Shown here: piece after piece, positions 24,381-37,677 of the stretch | Position numbering within the stretch: position 1 is the stretch's first letter | Layout: the number at the start of each line of letters is the position of its first letter | Assembly (NCBI RefSeq): GCF_030144855.1 | Contig: NC_082732.1 | Location: forward strand, 30,690,001 to 30,754,000 | Length of the DNA stretch: 64,000 bases | Direction of reading: 5' to 3' | Source: Hypanus sabinus | Taxonomy: Eukaryota | Position numbers and translations under genes: made by a program | Notes under the pieces: model-generated | Seen by the model: only the letters and a program-made list of their open reading frames with translations | Databases searched by the model: none | What the model was told of the DNA's origin: nothing

Positions 24381-24967
24381 TCCTGGATGAATGCAGCTTA
24401 AACAACAGCTAAGAAACTTGACACCAATCAGGATATAGCAGCCTACTTGCTGTGCGCTCTATTCTTAACCATTCACTCACTACACTACTGATACACAGTA
24501 GCAGCAGTATATACCTTCTACAGAATGGTGCAGCCGTTCATCAAAACTCCTTAGACAACACCTTGCAAGCCAACAGAGTCTATCAGCTCAAAGGACAAGG
24601 GCAGCAAAAGCATGGGAACACCACCACCTGGATAATGCCCGCCAAGCCTCACCCCATCTTGGGGTGGAAATACAGTATTTTGTCATTCTATCACTGCCTT
24701 TGGTCAATATCCTGGAACTCTTCTGAACAGCATTGTGTTGTGCACCTATACTAATATGTGTACATACCACATCTTAAGAACTTCAACAGCTCAGGAAGGC
24801 AGCTCAACACAACCATCTCAATGGCAATTAAATATTGGTTCAGCCTGGAACAAAACATTCATATGAATTATATAAATTGAGATGGTTATTCTTTGTATAC
24901 ATACACAGTACTTGATCAATGAGAGTACAATGGCTATGAAGGACATCACTGCTGAATCAAATTCTGG

Positions 24968-25005
<38 letters not shown>

Positions 25006-25062
25006 CCCCTCTGTCTCTCCCCCACTCCCCCATCTTCTCCTTCTTCCCTCTCTTCTCCTCTT
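24968..25062. repeat. (CT)n and pyrimidine-rich microsatellite
   Basis: Seen directly; it abuts the assembly gap. Confidence 0.95.
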
Positions 25063-25205
25063 NNNNNNNNNNNNNNNNNNNNNNNNNNNNNNNNNNNNNN
25101 NNNNNNNNNNNNNNNNNNNNNNNNNNNNNNNNNNNNNNNNNNNNNNNNNNNNNNNNNNNNNNNNNNNNNNNNNNNNNNNNNNNNNNNNNNNNNNNNNNNN
25201 NNNNN
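25063..25205. other. Assembly gap (143 N)
   Basis: Run of N. Confidence 0.99.
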
Positions 25206-26169
25206 TGCACAACACACAGATGCACTCACGTGCATTTTGCTGCAAGAATCATGGAAACCAATCAAGCACTGACTAATTTTATTCTCCTGCCTTCCCAACT
25301 TCAACCCAGGAGCAAGGTTTTCAATCCCAGCTTCCATTCAGCATGGCCATCCAGAACATGAATCAAAGGCAGGTACCCCTTTTCACTTTGTGTAGATCAA
25401 AATGACAACATCCCTGAATGTGAGACAGGCAGATTCACCACAAAGTGCATCACAGCTTAGCTCAATCTGTCCTCTTCCAAATCTGTGAACATGCAAAATT
25501 AATAGTGATGAAGAATAAAATCCCTGGCTGACTTTCCGTTCAGTGTCACAGATACTCCTGTTACATCCTCCATTAATTTTGAGGCCTGTTTGAGCTAAAT
25601 AACCTGTTGAAAATTCTCAGAGAACTGAAAACAAGCTACAATTAAAGACAAGCCACTCTCACGCTGATAATGTTTAAAAAAAAATCTTGGCAAGGGACAA
25701 TAATCCCAGCCTTAGCCCCATTACTTCTATAATTCCTAATGGCAGATTTCTCCTTGGCTGGCAGTCCACAAGAGAAAGTAATTCTAACTCAGGAAGAAAT
25801 AAAAATGTGCTGATCCTAGCTTTTTTTCAGAATTCGATTTGACTTAATGTCTTGGCCAAATGCCCGGCTTTGCATTAACTTTGTGCCACAGATAACCAGC
25901 TCTCCCAGAATGCCACTGTGCAAGGAGAAACAATTCACTAATGAAATCTCCTCACAAGACAAAATGGTAAACACACATGGAGCTACATCTGTAATTCATA
26001 ACTCCTTGAGCTTTCCAATGTCCCAGTTTCTATTTTAATATTTGATGTTGGTTTATGTTTTTTTTTACTCCATGGTCAAACTTGTAACTGTAACTGTGGA
26101 AAGAAGTTAAGTTTTCTTCTTACCCAATGTCACACCTCTGGATATATTGTCCTCCTCAGTCATTGCCTA

Positions 26170-26400
26170 CATCTCTGTTTGAAAAGATTGTGGCTCAAAG
26201 CCTCAGTCCAATGAATTGAGCAGATTATCTTCAATGCTGAGGGATGCTGCCCTGTCAATGGAGCCATCCATCAGATCAGAAATCAAATTGGAGCCTCAAT
26301 ATTCTTCTTGGTAAAAGATTCCACAGCACTATTTCAAAACTGGGCAGAGGAGTTCTCCCCTATTTCTTGAGCAAAAACTTATCCCTCAGCTCATCTTACT
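26170..26400 (+). mobile_element. DeuSINE relic
   Basis: gctgagggatgctgccctgtc...gtaaaagattccacagcactatttc...ggagttctcccc...ttatccctca. Confidence 0.75.
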
Positions 26401-27867
26401 GCTTGAGTATTTAGTTCTTAATAAGTCTGAACTGTCAATGCCAGAGGCATTTTCATGAAAAGAAGTTGCATGAGTACCAGATTACTGAATATTTATTTCT
26501 CCCAGTCTTCTCTTTCATTTCTGCAGGCTTTTAAAACCCTAGATTAGAGCTATTTCTTATGATTCTACTCATCAGCTTTCCTGCCCTTTTGTCTTACTTT
26601 GCCTTTTGGGAAATTTCTTATTTGTCAATATGAAGGATTGCCTGAAAAATTGGAAGCTTCTTATTTACTCGATCTCATGTTAGCATCCGAAAGCTCCGGG
26701 TCATGACTGGCAATGAATATGTGCAGGGTAAAGTTCCCTCCACTCTCTTCTGCCAGTCACTCCTAGGTCAAGAGTAGTATTGCTCATAATTAGAAATATA
26801 TTCTTTACACTGTCACATCAATTAACCTAATTCTGAAACTCAAAGTGGTGAATGACAGAGTTAAAAGTACTAAGAATGGTCAATCAGCCCAAAAAGCTCC
26901 CGTTTCTCTCACTCAGCTAAATGCCCCTTAGGTGCATCTCTGTTATCTAACAAGTGGTTCTGAGTTCAATATTCGAATTCTTCTTGTTTACAAACTTCAT
27001 CCTGAAATCCTTGTGAGATTTGTTAATGAGTCACTTACATTATGGCTCCGGTATTAAAATCCCTAGAGGGGTGCTTATTGAATCAACAATGTTGCCACAT
27101 TGCAAGCCAGCCATCCAGAGACTTCTTGGAATATGATGGTTAATATTGTTACCTTGAGGGCCATGATTGTGTTCTGGATCCAAACTCATTAGAAAATAGA
27201 TTGAAATACATTTTGTAACCTTGCTGTCGTACGCTGGTCATGCACTTTCATCTGTGTCTATCAGTCATGAGGCAAACATTGTGCAGAATGCAAATCAAAT
27301 ACGAGTGTGCAAGGTGAATGCAGGGTCTATGGATACTGAGCCAAAAATCTGTAGACTAAAGTGAGCCAAAATTCTGTACACAATCTGGTGACGCAGACGG
27401 GAGTGAATCCTACTGTCAGAAGGCACAACAGTCTGCTACGGAAAAGGATCAGCTGTTCCCTTTCCATTTTCAATAGGAGTTAAATAAATGATTTATCAAG
27501 AAATGGTTAAAGAAAGTTGACCCCAGCAGCTTCCTTTGTTCATTGAATTTGGTTTTCCTTTTCTTTGTTGATTGATTGATTATTAGACAACATGACATTG
27601 GAGCAGAATTAGGCCAATCGGCCCATCAAATTTTCTTTGTCATTCGATCATGGTGATTTATTTTCCCTCACAATGCCATTTCTTTGCCTTCACTAATCGA
27701 GAAACCTGTCAATCTGCACTTTAAATTATCTGTTCTCCATAGCCATCTGTGGCAGTGAATTCCATGGATTTACCACCCTATGGCTAAGGAAATTCCTCAT
27801 CTCTATTCCAAAGGAACATCCTTCTATCCTGAGACTTGGCCCTGTGGTCCTAGATCCTCTCATAATT

Positions 27868-28165
27868 GCCGGGGCTGTACGGTAGTGTGATAGTCAGTGC
27901 AATGCTTTACAGTGCCAGAAATCAGGGTTTGGTTCCTGCTACTGTCCGTAAGTAGTTCTTACGTTCTCCTTGTGACTGCTCCAGTTTCCTCTGAGTTTCC
28001 TCCATGTTGTAAAAATGTACAGTTTATAGTTAGTAAGTTGTGGGCAGGAAACATGATAACAGTTGCAGATTTCCCCCACTGCATGTTTGGACTGTGTTGA
28101 TTATTGACTTAAGCAACACATTTCACTGTATGTTTTGATGTACCTGTGGTAAATAAAGCTAATTA
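27868..28165 (+). mobile_element. V-SINE-related SINE nested in CR1
   Basis: tRNA-like head ggtagtgtgatagtcagtgcaatgctttacag, then cgttctccttgtgactgc, and an aataaa tail. Confidence 0.75.
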
Positions 28166-29052
28166 TTATCGTTATTGAAAACGTCCTTTGTATGTCCAGG
28201 TTTTTCAATATTTGGTTAAGTTTCATTGAGATCCCACCTCATTCTTCTAAACTCCAGTAAGTGCTGGCCCAAAGCCATCAAATATTTCTCACGTTAGCTC
28301 CTTCATTCCCAGGATTATTTTTGTATACCTCCTCCGGACCATCTCCAGTACCACCACATCCTTGCTTAGAAAACTGCTTGTATCACTCTAAATGTGGTCG
28401 AACCAACACCTTATAAAGCCTCAGTATTACATCCTTATTTTTATAAGTGAATGCTAACATTGCATTTGCTTTCCTCACTACGACTTAACCTGCAAGTTAA
28501 CCTTTAGGGAATCCTGCACTAGAACTCTCAAGTACTTTTGCACCTCCAATTTCTGAATTCACTCCCCTTTTAGTAAAATAGTCCATGCCTTATTCCTTAT
28601 ACCAAAGAGCATGACCATACACTTCCCCTTACTGTATTCCATCATCTGCTTTCTGCCCATTCTCCTAATCTGTCCAAGTCCTTCTGTAAACTCCCTGCTT
28701 ACTCAATACTAACTGCCCTCTATCTATCTTTGTATCATACACAAACCTGGCCACAAAGTCATCAATTCTGTCATCCAGACCATTAACATATACAGTAATG
28801 TTAAAAATAGCAGACCCAACACCAATCCTTGTGGAGCATCACTAAGTCACCAGCAGCCAACCAAAAAACACCCCTTTTGTTTTCACTGTTTGCCCCCTGT
28901 CAGTGAGTCCATCTTCTCTCTCTGTTCATGTAATACCATAGTGCCTATCTTGTTTAGCAGCCTCATAAGGGCACCTTGTCAAAGACCTTCTGAAAACAAA
29001 AGAAAACAACATGAACTGACTCTCTTCTTTCTATCCTGCCTGTTTATTTCCT

Positions 29053-29255
29053 CAATAACAGAGAAGAAGAAATATGAATGTAAGCTACCCAATAATATAC
29101 AAAAGGATTGAAAAAGTTTTTTTCAGATATTTATAAAGAGGCAAGAGTAGAAATCAAACCAATAAAAAAGACGGTTGGAGAGGTAGTAATGGAGTCCAAA
29201 GAAATGGTGGACAAACTGAATATGTATTTCAAGGCAGCCTTCACTGTGGAAGGTA
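29053..29255 (+). repeat. Inverted duplicate of 29663-29884
   Basis: Near-identical in reverse complement. ORFs 29108-29320(+) and 29640-29834(-) share FFSDIYKEARV..VGEVVME.KEMVDK.NMYFKAAFTVE. Confidence 0.9.
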
Positions 29256-30259
29256 TTGTTCCTCAAACAATTTGTCAGGCAAGATTATCCTTCAAGAAAA
29301 CTATGCTGACTTTGGACTGAAATTTGATCCTTCAAAAAGGACTCTAATATCTTCCCAGCCTCTGAAGTCAGACTATAATTTCCCGTCTTTAGTCTCCCTC
29401 CCTTTTTAAAAAGTGGAGTGACATTTGTAATTTTCCAATTCTCCGGAATCATTCCAGAACTTAATGAATCTTGAAAGATCACTACTAATATCTCCACAAT
29501 CTTTTCAGCTGCCTCTTTCAGAACCCTAGAGTTTAGTCCACCTGGTCCAGGTGACTTATCTACCTTCAGACCTTTCAGCTTCCCCAGCACCACTTCCTTA
29601 GTAATGGGGAAATACACTCATTTCTGCCCCCTGACTCTCTCAAATTTCTGGAGTGTTCCTGGTATCTTCCACAGTGAAGGCTGCCTTGAAATACATATTT
29701 GGTTTGTCCACCATTTCTTTGTACTCCATTACTACCTCTCCAACCACATTTTTTCTTGGTCTGATGTCTACTCTTGCCTCTTTATAAATATCTGAAAAAA
29801 AACTTTTTCGATCTTTTTGTTGGGTAGCATACATTATTGGGTATTGTGTAGCATACGCTCATATTTCTTCTTCTCTCCTTATTGCTTTTTCTGTTGCCTT
29901 CTCATGGTTTTTAAAAGTCTCCCAACTCTCTAGTTTCCCATCAATTTTTGCTATATCATATGCCTTCTTTTGCTTTGCTATCCCTTGCATGCAAGGGTAA
30001 ACCTCATCCTTCTTTTAGAAAGCTACTGTTTCTTTGAGATGATCTAATCCTGTGTCTTCCAAGTTACTCCCAGAAACTTGAGGCATTTCTGCTCTACTGT
30101 CATCCCTGATTGTGTCACCTTCCTATCAACGTTAGCCAGCTCCACTGTTGTGCCTTTGTAGTTACCTTTACGGAACTGTGATACCGATACATCTGATTTT
30201 AGTTTCTCCCCCTCAAACTGCAGGGTGACTTCTATCATGAGCATTGCCTCCTAGGGGTC

Positions 30260-30810
30260 CATAGAGTCATAGAAGGATGCAGCACAGAAACCAGCCCTTT
30301 GGCCCATCTAGTCCATGCTGAACCATTTAAACTGCCTACTCCCATTGACCTGCACCGGGATCATAGCCGTCCTACCATCCATGTACCTATCTAAGCTACT
30401 CTTAAACGTTGGAATCGAGTTTGCATGCACCACTTGTGCTGGCAGCTCATTCCACATTTTCCTGACCCTCTGAGTAAAGAAGTTCCCTCTCATGTTCCCC
30501 TTAAACTTTCCACCTTTCACCCGTAACCTATGACCTCTAGTTCTAGTTCCACCCAACCTCAGTGGAAAAAGCTTGCTTGCATTTACCCTATCTATACCCC
30601 TCAAAGTTTTATATATCTCTATCAAATCTCCCCTCAGTCTTCTACGTTACAAGGAATAAAGTCCTAACCGATTCAATCTTCCCTTATAACTCAGAGCCTC
30701 CAGTCCTGGTAACACCCTTGTTAATTTTCTCTGTACTCTTCCAACCTTATTTACATCTTTCCTGTAGGTAGGTGACCTAAACTGCACATAATACTCCAAA
30801 TTAGGCCTTA
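30260..30810 (-). mobile_element. CR1 3' fragment, younger, of a different subfamily
   Basis: ORF 30308-30625 reads TRTRGHRLRVKGGKFKGNMRGNFFTQRV. Tail is catagagtcatag. Confidence 0.93.
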
Positions 30811-30959
30811 GAAGTCTTATTTTGCTTTACTTTAAGCTCCTTCGTCAACGTTGGTTCACCTACACATTTGTATAGGTGCACGACACACAGATACATCCAG
30901 AATTGCCTTTCACGAGTGGGCTTGACCAGAAGCTGCTCTAAAAAGCCACTTCACTGGCG

Positions 30960-31450
30960 TAAACACAAGAGATTCTGCAGATGTAAGAAATCCAGGCTAA
31001 CACACACAAAATGCTGGAGGAACTCAACAGGTCAGGCAATATTTGTGGAGGGATAAATAGTTGACGTGGCAAGCTGAGGCCCTTCGTCAGGACTGGAAAA
31101 GAAGGGGAAGAAGTCAAAATAAGAAGGTGGAGGGAAGGGAAGGAGAAAAGCTGGAAAGTGATCAGTGAAGCCAGGTGAGAGGAATGGTTGGTGGGTGAGG
31201 GAGGGAGGATGAAGTGTGAGTCTGGGAGATTATGGGATGAAGAAGGTAATGGACTGAAGAGGAAATCTGATAGGAGAATACAGTGCACAATGGAGGAAAG
31301 GGAAGGAGGAGGGACATCAAAAGGAAGTGATACACAGTTGAGGAGAAGAGACTGGGTAAGAAGGGAGACATTGTTGGGAATGGGAAAAAAGAGAAGGTAG
31401 ATGGGTCAGAATTTACCAGAAGTTAGAGAAATAGATGTTCATGCCGTTAG
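30960..31450 (-). mobile_element. Penelope-like 3' part
   Basis: Conserved terminus. Hammerhead remnant agtcCTGACGAagggcctcagcttGCCAcgtcaact at ~31058-31095. Confidence 0.85.
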
Positions 31451-32000
31451 ATTGTACTCGCTGGAGTTCAGAAGAATAAGGGGAAATATCATTGAAACCT
31501 ATCAAATACTGAAAAGTGCAGTGAATATTGTAAGATATAGTGCAGTAATCAAGATGAATTGCATTTTTCATATTAATGAGGTTTGCTTTAAATGCATATG
31601 TAGCTTAATTGAATATGTAGCTTTAAATGAATATGTAGCTTAATTGTGTTTTTGTAGATAGCATAGACAAGAAAAGGATGTTTCCTATAGTGGGGGACTC
31701 TGGGACCAGAGGGCATAGACTCAGAATAGAAGAACATCCCTTTAAAACTGAGATGACAAGGAATTTTCTTACCACAGCATGGTGACTCTGTGGAATTCAT
31801 TGCCACAAACGCCTGCCGTTGGGTATATTTAAAGTGGAGTTTGATAGGTAATTGATTAGTAAGGGCATAAAAGGTTATGAGCAAAGGCAGGAGAATGGAG
31901 TTGAAAGGGATAATTAATTAGCCATGATGAAATGGTGAAGCAGACTTGATAGGCTGAATAGCCTAATTCTGCGTCTATATTTTATGGTCTTATGGTGTAA
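31450..32000 (+). mobile_element. CR1 3' fragment with a ~140-bp AT-rich insert
   Basis: Encodes LYSLEFRRIRGNIIETYQILK, resumes at ~31660, and ends in tttatggtcttatgg. Confidence 0.88.
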
Positions 32001-33784
32001 ATCATGAAAGGGGAGAAAAGGGGAAGATGTGTCTGATGCTGGAATCTCTTAGAAGTTGGCTGAAATTGTGGACAATGCAAAGGCTGGTTCAAGAATTAAG
32101 ATCTTTCCATTCTGGTTAACGTAGCATAATGAAGAGGAACTGGGATTGCAAGCATCCTATTTTTGAATGCTGTGAGTGTTATTAGAGTTCCAAAACAGGA
32201 TCTGCAGTGTACCCGCACATTTGTGGCTTATTAGTGAGGATATTAGCACATCTGCAAGGAACGTCAGCTGGAAATATTTACAGCAGGAAGATCACTATGC
32301 CAGTCAGCATGCAATGCCAATTTGATGTTAGCACTCCTACTTTGAAGCAAAACTTATCTCAAATAGGGAAATATTTTTGCCCAAGCTCAGTAAAGAAACT
32401 CATCTAATGTAATTATAATTATAATCCCAATGTCCCATTTCCTGAAAGTCTAATACCTTCTTCTCCCTCTGTCATTGGCCTTCACAATGCAAAGACAGAA
32501 GCTTATAAAAATGAATAGTTCAAATCAAATTTGTATAAAATATCATGCCATTTAATCATTCAAAAGTCTATGAATCATTTTTGTCCATTTCCTTGTCACC
32601 ATTCCCTTGTCACCATTCCCAACTTTGTAGAGTACTACTCCCGTGGCTGATTACTTGAAGTGAAGAGGCTGCAGATGGTCATAGGGGAAAACCTCAGGCT
32701 ACACAGAGTGCAGTATTTTAAAGGGATGATAAGTATGAACAAAAGCTTTGATGAACTGGCAGCATCAGGAAGGCAAATTTTATTTTCTTGAGGAATCACA
32801 CTCCAAAGGCACTCTGTAAAAACCTGAAGACTGGTATGACAGTTTTAGGCATGACAGATATGAGATTCTTTAAGTCCTCTTGAACACTGTAATCCACATC
32901 AATAATCGCAGCAACTACAGAAGTCTGAGCTTTTGTTTCCACTACAAGATTTGGAAGTTGAATAGCTATTGCTGCTCTTTCTGCAATCGAAGTTTGAGTA
33001 TTAACTGTGAAACACTGCTTTATGATTGGGTTTATGTTGTTCAGAGAGCCCATTCCCCTAATCTGTCTAAGCCTGATGAAGTACCTGTTTTCCAGTTAGG
33101 ATGGTGTGTGACTTAGAAAGGGGTATGTACTGTTGGTAGAGGGTTCCAATGCCCCTGCTGACCTTGCCCACCTCAGTGGTAGTGGTTAAAGGTTTGCGAG
33201 ATACTTTCAGAGTAACCTTGCCGAGTGTAGATTGAATCATAGTGCTTCCATTTATGGTGGAGAAAATGCATGTTTATACAGGTAGTTGGGTTGTGAATTA
33301 AGAAAGCTTCTCTTTCCTAAATGGTGTTGAGCTACTTGTGTTGTTAAAGATGCACAAGTCCAGGTAAATGAAGAGTAAACAAATTTCACAACATCTGCCA
33401 GTGATATTAAACCTGATTCTGCTCTGAGCTTGCATGATCATGCACCTGGCCTGTATCTCCTAGAGAGCAACTCCTAGGCCATTGGGTAACATTAAGAACC
33501 TTGGAAACCATTGCCTTCCATGCTATTCCTTTCATTTTTACAGGTCAACGTCAGTTGGCCTGCCAACAATGGATTTTAAGAGGTGCGAGCTGACTTTGAA
33601 CAGCAGAGGTTAGCTTTAACTGGTGCTAGCCATTTATGAAATTGGTCCCATGTTGATGTGGCTGGCCAGTCAATCTTGTGGTTACCAGAGGACTGAATGT
33701 TAAAGTGATTACATTTCCCATGCTGCTGATGCCTTCACTGCATTTATGGGTATGGACTGATCAAGCGGTCCTGGACTCTCAGCA

Positions 33785-36700
33785 TTCAACAGTGCAACAC
33801 ACTAAAGGCACTTCAGCCTATGATGTTGTGCTGACCTCTATAAATGTACTTCATGATCAATCTAACTTTTCCCTCTGACATAGCCCATAACCCTCCATTT
33901 TTCTTACACCCTATCTTAGAGTCTCTTAAATGTCCCTATTGTATCAGACTCCACCACCAACCTATATTAAATACAAGACTTTTCTGTGACATTTTTATTA
34001 AATTTTCCTCCGCTTGCTTCAAACACATGTCCTCTGAGGTTAGAGTCAAAGTGCACTACAGCACGAGAACAAGCTGGTCAGCCTTTCTAGTCAATGCCGG
34101 ATTGGTTTTCTGCCAAGTACCATCTACCTCAACCCAGATCATAACCCTCCATACTTGTGTCCTCCATGCACCTGTCCAAACTTCTCTTAAGTGTTACAAT
34201 TAAGCCTTCATCTACCACTTCCATTGGCAACTGATTCCACGCACCCACCACCCTCTGAGTGAATTAGTTCTCACACAGATTCCCTTAAATGTTTTCCCTT
34301 TCACACTAACCCTTAAATGTTTTCCCTTTCACACTAAACCTATTCTCTAATCTCTTGAAATTCTAATCTCATCCAACCTGAATCAAAAGCCTGTATTCAT
34401 TCACCTATCTATCCTTCCCCATAATGATGTATATCTCTATAAGATCTCCCCTTATTCTCCTGCACTTCAGGGAATAAAGCCCTAATCTATTCAATTTATT
34501 CCAGTAACTCAATTCCTCAAGTTCTGTCAAAATCCGTATAAACTTTCTCTGCACTCTTTCCATCTTATTCATATCCTTCCTGTATGCAGAAGACCAGAAC
34601 TGCACAAAATAAATTTGGCCTCGTCAATGTCTTATAAAACTTCAACAAAACATCCCAACTTCTATACTGAGTGCCCTGATTACGAAGGCCAATATGACAA
34701 AAGCTTTTTTTAAGACTCTATTTACCAGAGATGCTACTTTCAAGCAAACATGGATTCCCAGGACCCTCTGATCTACCATACAGTTTAGTACCCTACCATT
34801 TACTGTATAAGCCTTATTCTAATTTGTCCTCCCAAAGTGCAACACCTCACACTTGTCTGCATTAAGTTCCATTTGCCATTTTTCAACCCATGATCCAGAT
34901 CACTCTGCTAGCTTTGGCTGTTTCATCTATCCGTCTCATGCTCTTATACACCTTTATTATCCTCTCATCCTCTGTCACTCCAGAGAAAAACCCTAGGTTG
35001 CTCAAACTTTCCTCATAAGGCAAGTCTTTTAATCTAAGCAGCATCCTGGTAAATCTCTCTCAAGCTTCCACATCCGTCTATAATGAGGTGGCCAGAACCA
35101 AAATACAATATTCGAAGTGTGGTCTAACCAGAGTGTTATAGAGCTACAACATAACCTTGTAGCTCTTGAACTCAAACCCCTGACTAATAAAGGCTTGCAC
35201 ATTAAATGCCTTCTTAATCACCCTATCAACTTGCATGGCAACTTTGAGATATCTGTGGACTTGAATCCCAAGATTCCTCTGTTCCTCCACACTGCTAAGA
35301 ATCCTGCCATTGACCTTGTTATCCACCTTCACCTTCGATCTCCCCAAGTGTATCAACTCAAACTTTTCTGGATTGAATCCCATCTGTATTTCTCTGCTCA
35401 TCTCTGCAATCTGTCTCTATCACTTTGTAACTTATGACAACCATCTACACTTTCCACAACACCTCCAATTTTTCATGTCATCTGCAAAATTACTGACCTA
35501 CACCTATATTTCCTCATCCAAGTCATTTATTTAAAAAATCACAAAGAGCACGGTCTCCAGAACAGACTCCTGCAGAACACTACTAGTCACCAACCTCCTC
35601 TGCCTTCTGTGGGCAAGCCAGTTTCAAATCCACACAGCCAAGTCCCCATGGATCTCATGCCTCATGACATAGATGAGCATCCCATGGCAAGCACCTTAGT
35701 AAAATCCACATACACCACATCCACTGCTCTACCTTCATCAATTTGTCCTGCCACCTCCTCAAAAACCTCCAAGGCTTGTGAAGCATGATCTGCTCTTCAA
35801 GAGCCATATTGACTAACCCTAACCCATATTGACTAATTAATCAAGTGTTCATAAATTCTGTCCCTAAAAATCCTCTCCAATAGTTTGCCTACCACAGACA
35901 TAAGACACATTGGTCTTTTTCTCAGGATTATTCCTATCAACTTTTTTGAGCCATGGAAGAAAATTGCCATCCTCTAGTCTTTAGTACCACCTCTGTGGCA
36001 GGGGAGTATCATAATCAGTGACCACCCCCCCCCCCCAGCAATCTGTTTCCTCGCTTTCTGAAATAACCTGGAAGGTTAGCCCTAGGGACAAATCTGTCTA
36101 GACCCGGTGAGGGTCTAGATACATTATTTAGCTTAATGTTTTTAATAAGGTCTAACACTCCCCTTTCTTAACCTTGATATGTTCCAGTACATTAGCCTGT
36201 TCTGTGCTGACCCAACATTCACTAACGTCCCTCTCCCTAGTGAACACTGAAGCAAAGTCCTCATTAAGGACCTCCCCATCTCCTCTGCCTCCTGGTATGT
36301 TTCTTGTTTTATTCCTATGCTGTCCTACCTTTATTCTAGTCTCCCTCCTGCTCTTCACATTTATGCAGAACACCATGGGGTTTCCCTTAATTCTACTTGC
36401 TATGGACTTCTCATGTCTCCTAACTCTCCTGGGCCCTTTCTTAAAATTCTTCCTGGCTATGTTATAACTTGCAAGAGCCCTTTTTGATTTCTGCTTCCTA
36501 AATCTTAAGTATACTTTTTTCTTTCTCTTCACTAGATGTTCCACCTCTCTTATCAACCAATGTTCTTTCACCCTTTCATCCTTTCCCATTCTCAGTGGGA
36601 CAAACTACCCTGAATCCAAGTGGTTCTAAACAACCTCCACATTTCTGCTCTGCATTTTTCTGAGGATATGTTTGCAACTTAAGTTCTTGCCTAATGCCAT

Positions 36701-36960
36701 TGTAATAGTCCTCCCCAATTAAATTCTTTTCCACAGGGTCTTCTCTTATCCTTGTACACAGCCATGCTAAAGATTGAGGAATTATGGTCACTATCTTTGA
36801 AATGCTTGCCCACTGAGTGGTCTATCTTGCCTAGTCCCTGATACAGTATGGCTGATGACAACCTCTAGTCAGCCCGTCAACATAGTGGGTCAGGGATTCT
36901 TCCTGGACACACCTAACAAATTCAGCCCCATCTAAACCTTTGCATTGTGAAGATGAAGTT
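33785..36960 (-). mobile_element. Nested or adjacent CR1 fragments
   Basis: ORFs 34405-34605 (QFWSSAYRKDMNKMERVQRKF), 35144-35401 (QMGFNPEKFELIHLG) and 36152-36589 (EVLNEDFASVFTRE). Confidence 0.9.
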
Positions 36961-37126
36961 ACCCTTTTAATTTTGCACCTTTTGATACTTGATTAATATT
37001 AAATTGATATTAACTTATATTAAATTGAATATAAACTAATGTTTATGTTCCAGACTACCTTGCTCCTAACCTACCTCATGCAATCCTCCCAGTATGTCCT
37101 TCTTTATTCCTTGTCATCATACAATA

Positions 37127-37677
37127 CACTCAGTACTTTATAGTGTCTTTATAGGTATCTCCTATCCCTAATAATGTGGACATTGAGTGTATGTCTGCAG
37201 TCTTCTGCTGCTGGAGCCTATCCACTTCAGCATTCAATGTGTTGTGCATTCAGAGATGTTCTACACTCCACTGCTGTAACATGTGATTATTTGAGTTACT
37301 GTCACCTTCCTGTCAGCTTCGACCAATCTGGTCATTCTCCTTTGATCTCACTCGTTAACAAGGCACTTTTGCCCACAGGATTGCTGCTCACTGGATGTTT
37401 GTACCTCATTCTCTGTGAACTCTGGAAATGGAAATCCCAGGAGATCAGTAGCTTCTGAGATACTCAATCCACCCTGTATGGTACCAGCAATCTTCCATGG
37501 TCAAAGTCACTTAGATCACATTTCTTCCCCATTCTAATCTTTGGCCTGGACAACAGCTAAACCTCTTGACCCTGTCTGAATGCTTTTATCCATTGAGTTG
37601 CTGCCACATGATTGGCTAATTAGATATATACATAAATGAGCAGATGTACAGGTGTACCTAATAAAGCGGCCACAGTG
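37127..37677 (-). mobile_element. Tc1/mariner DNA transposon, internally deleted
   Basis: TA-flanked. Right TIR aggtgtacctaataaagcggccacagtg; degenerate left TIR cactcagt...ttataggtatctcc. From ATG 37532 it reads MGKKCDLSDFDHG(fs)IAGTIQGGLSISEATDLLGF...CGQKCLVNE*DQRRMTRLVEADRKVTVTQI, a Tc1 DNA-binding domain. Confidence 0.88.

Larger units (their letters stand above)
22330..24850 (+). mobile_element. Ancient CR1/L2-group LINE, heavily degraded, with three nested insertions
   Basis: RT remnants AKTMGLDNI, WKITQLCSVHKKQDKS and ISAGVPQVDILGSNIFSSFIND. Its 3' region resembles 45750-46440 and 62180-62385. Confidence 0.75.
27590..30260 (-). mobile_element. Long CR1 fragment with a nested V-SINE and an internal inverted duplication
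   Basis: ORF 29285-29617 reads KLKGLKVDKSPGPGGLNSRVLKE..PENWKITNVTPLFKKGGR; ORF 30044-30244 is also CR1-like. The 3' UTR lies at ~27590. Confidence 0.92.

Noticed and set aside
24818-25361. ORFs spanning the N run
   Set aside because: Artefacts of the gap and the (CT)n repeat.
34282-34338. Exact 28-bp tandem duplication; similar ones at ~32590, ~31595 and ~35805
   Set aside because: Ordinary slippage duplications, mostly inside TEs.
36097-36119. Perfect 9-bp hairpin TCTAGACCC-GGTGA-GGGTCTAGA; an 8-bp one also lies at ~14480
   Set aside because: Isolated short stems, the first inside a dead CR1, with no supporting context.
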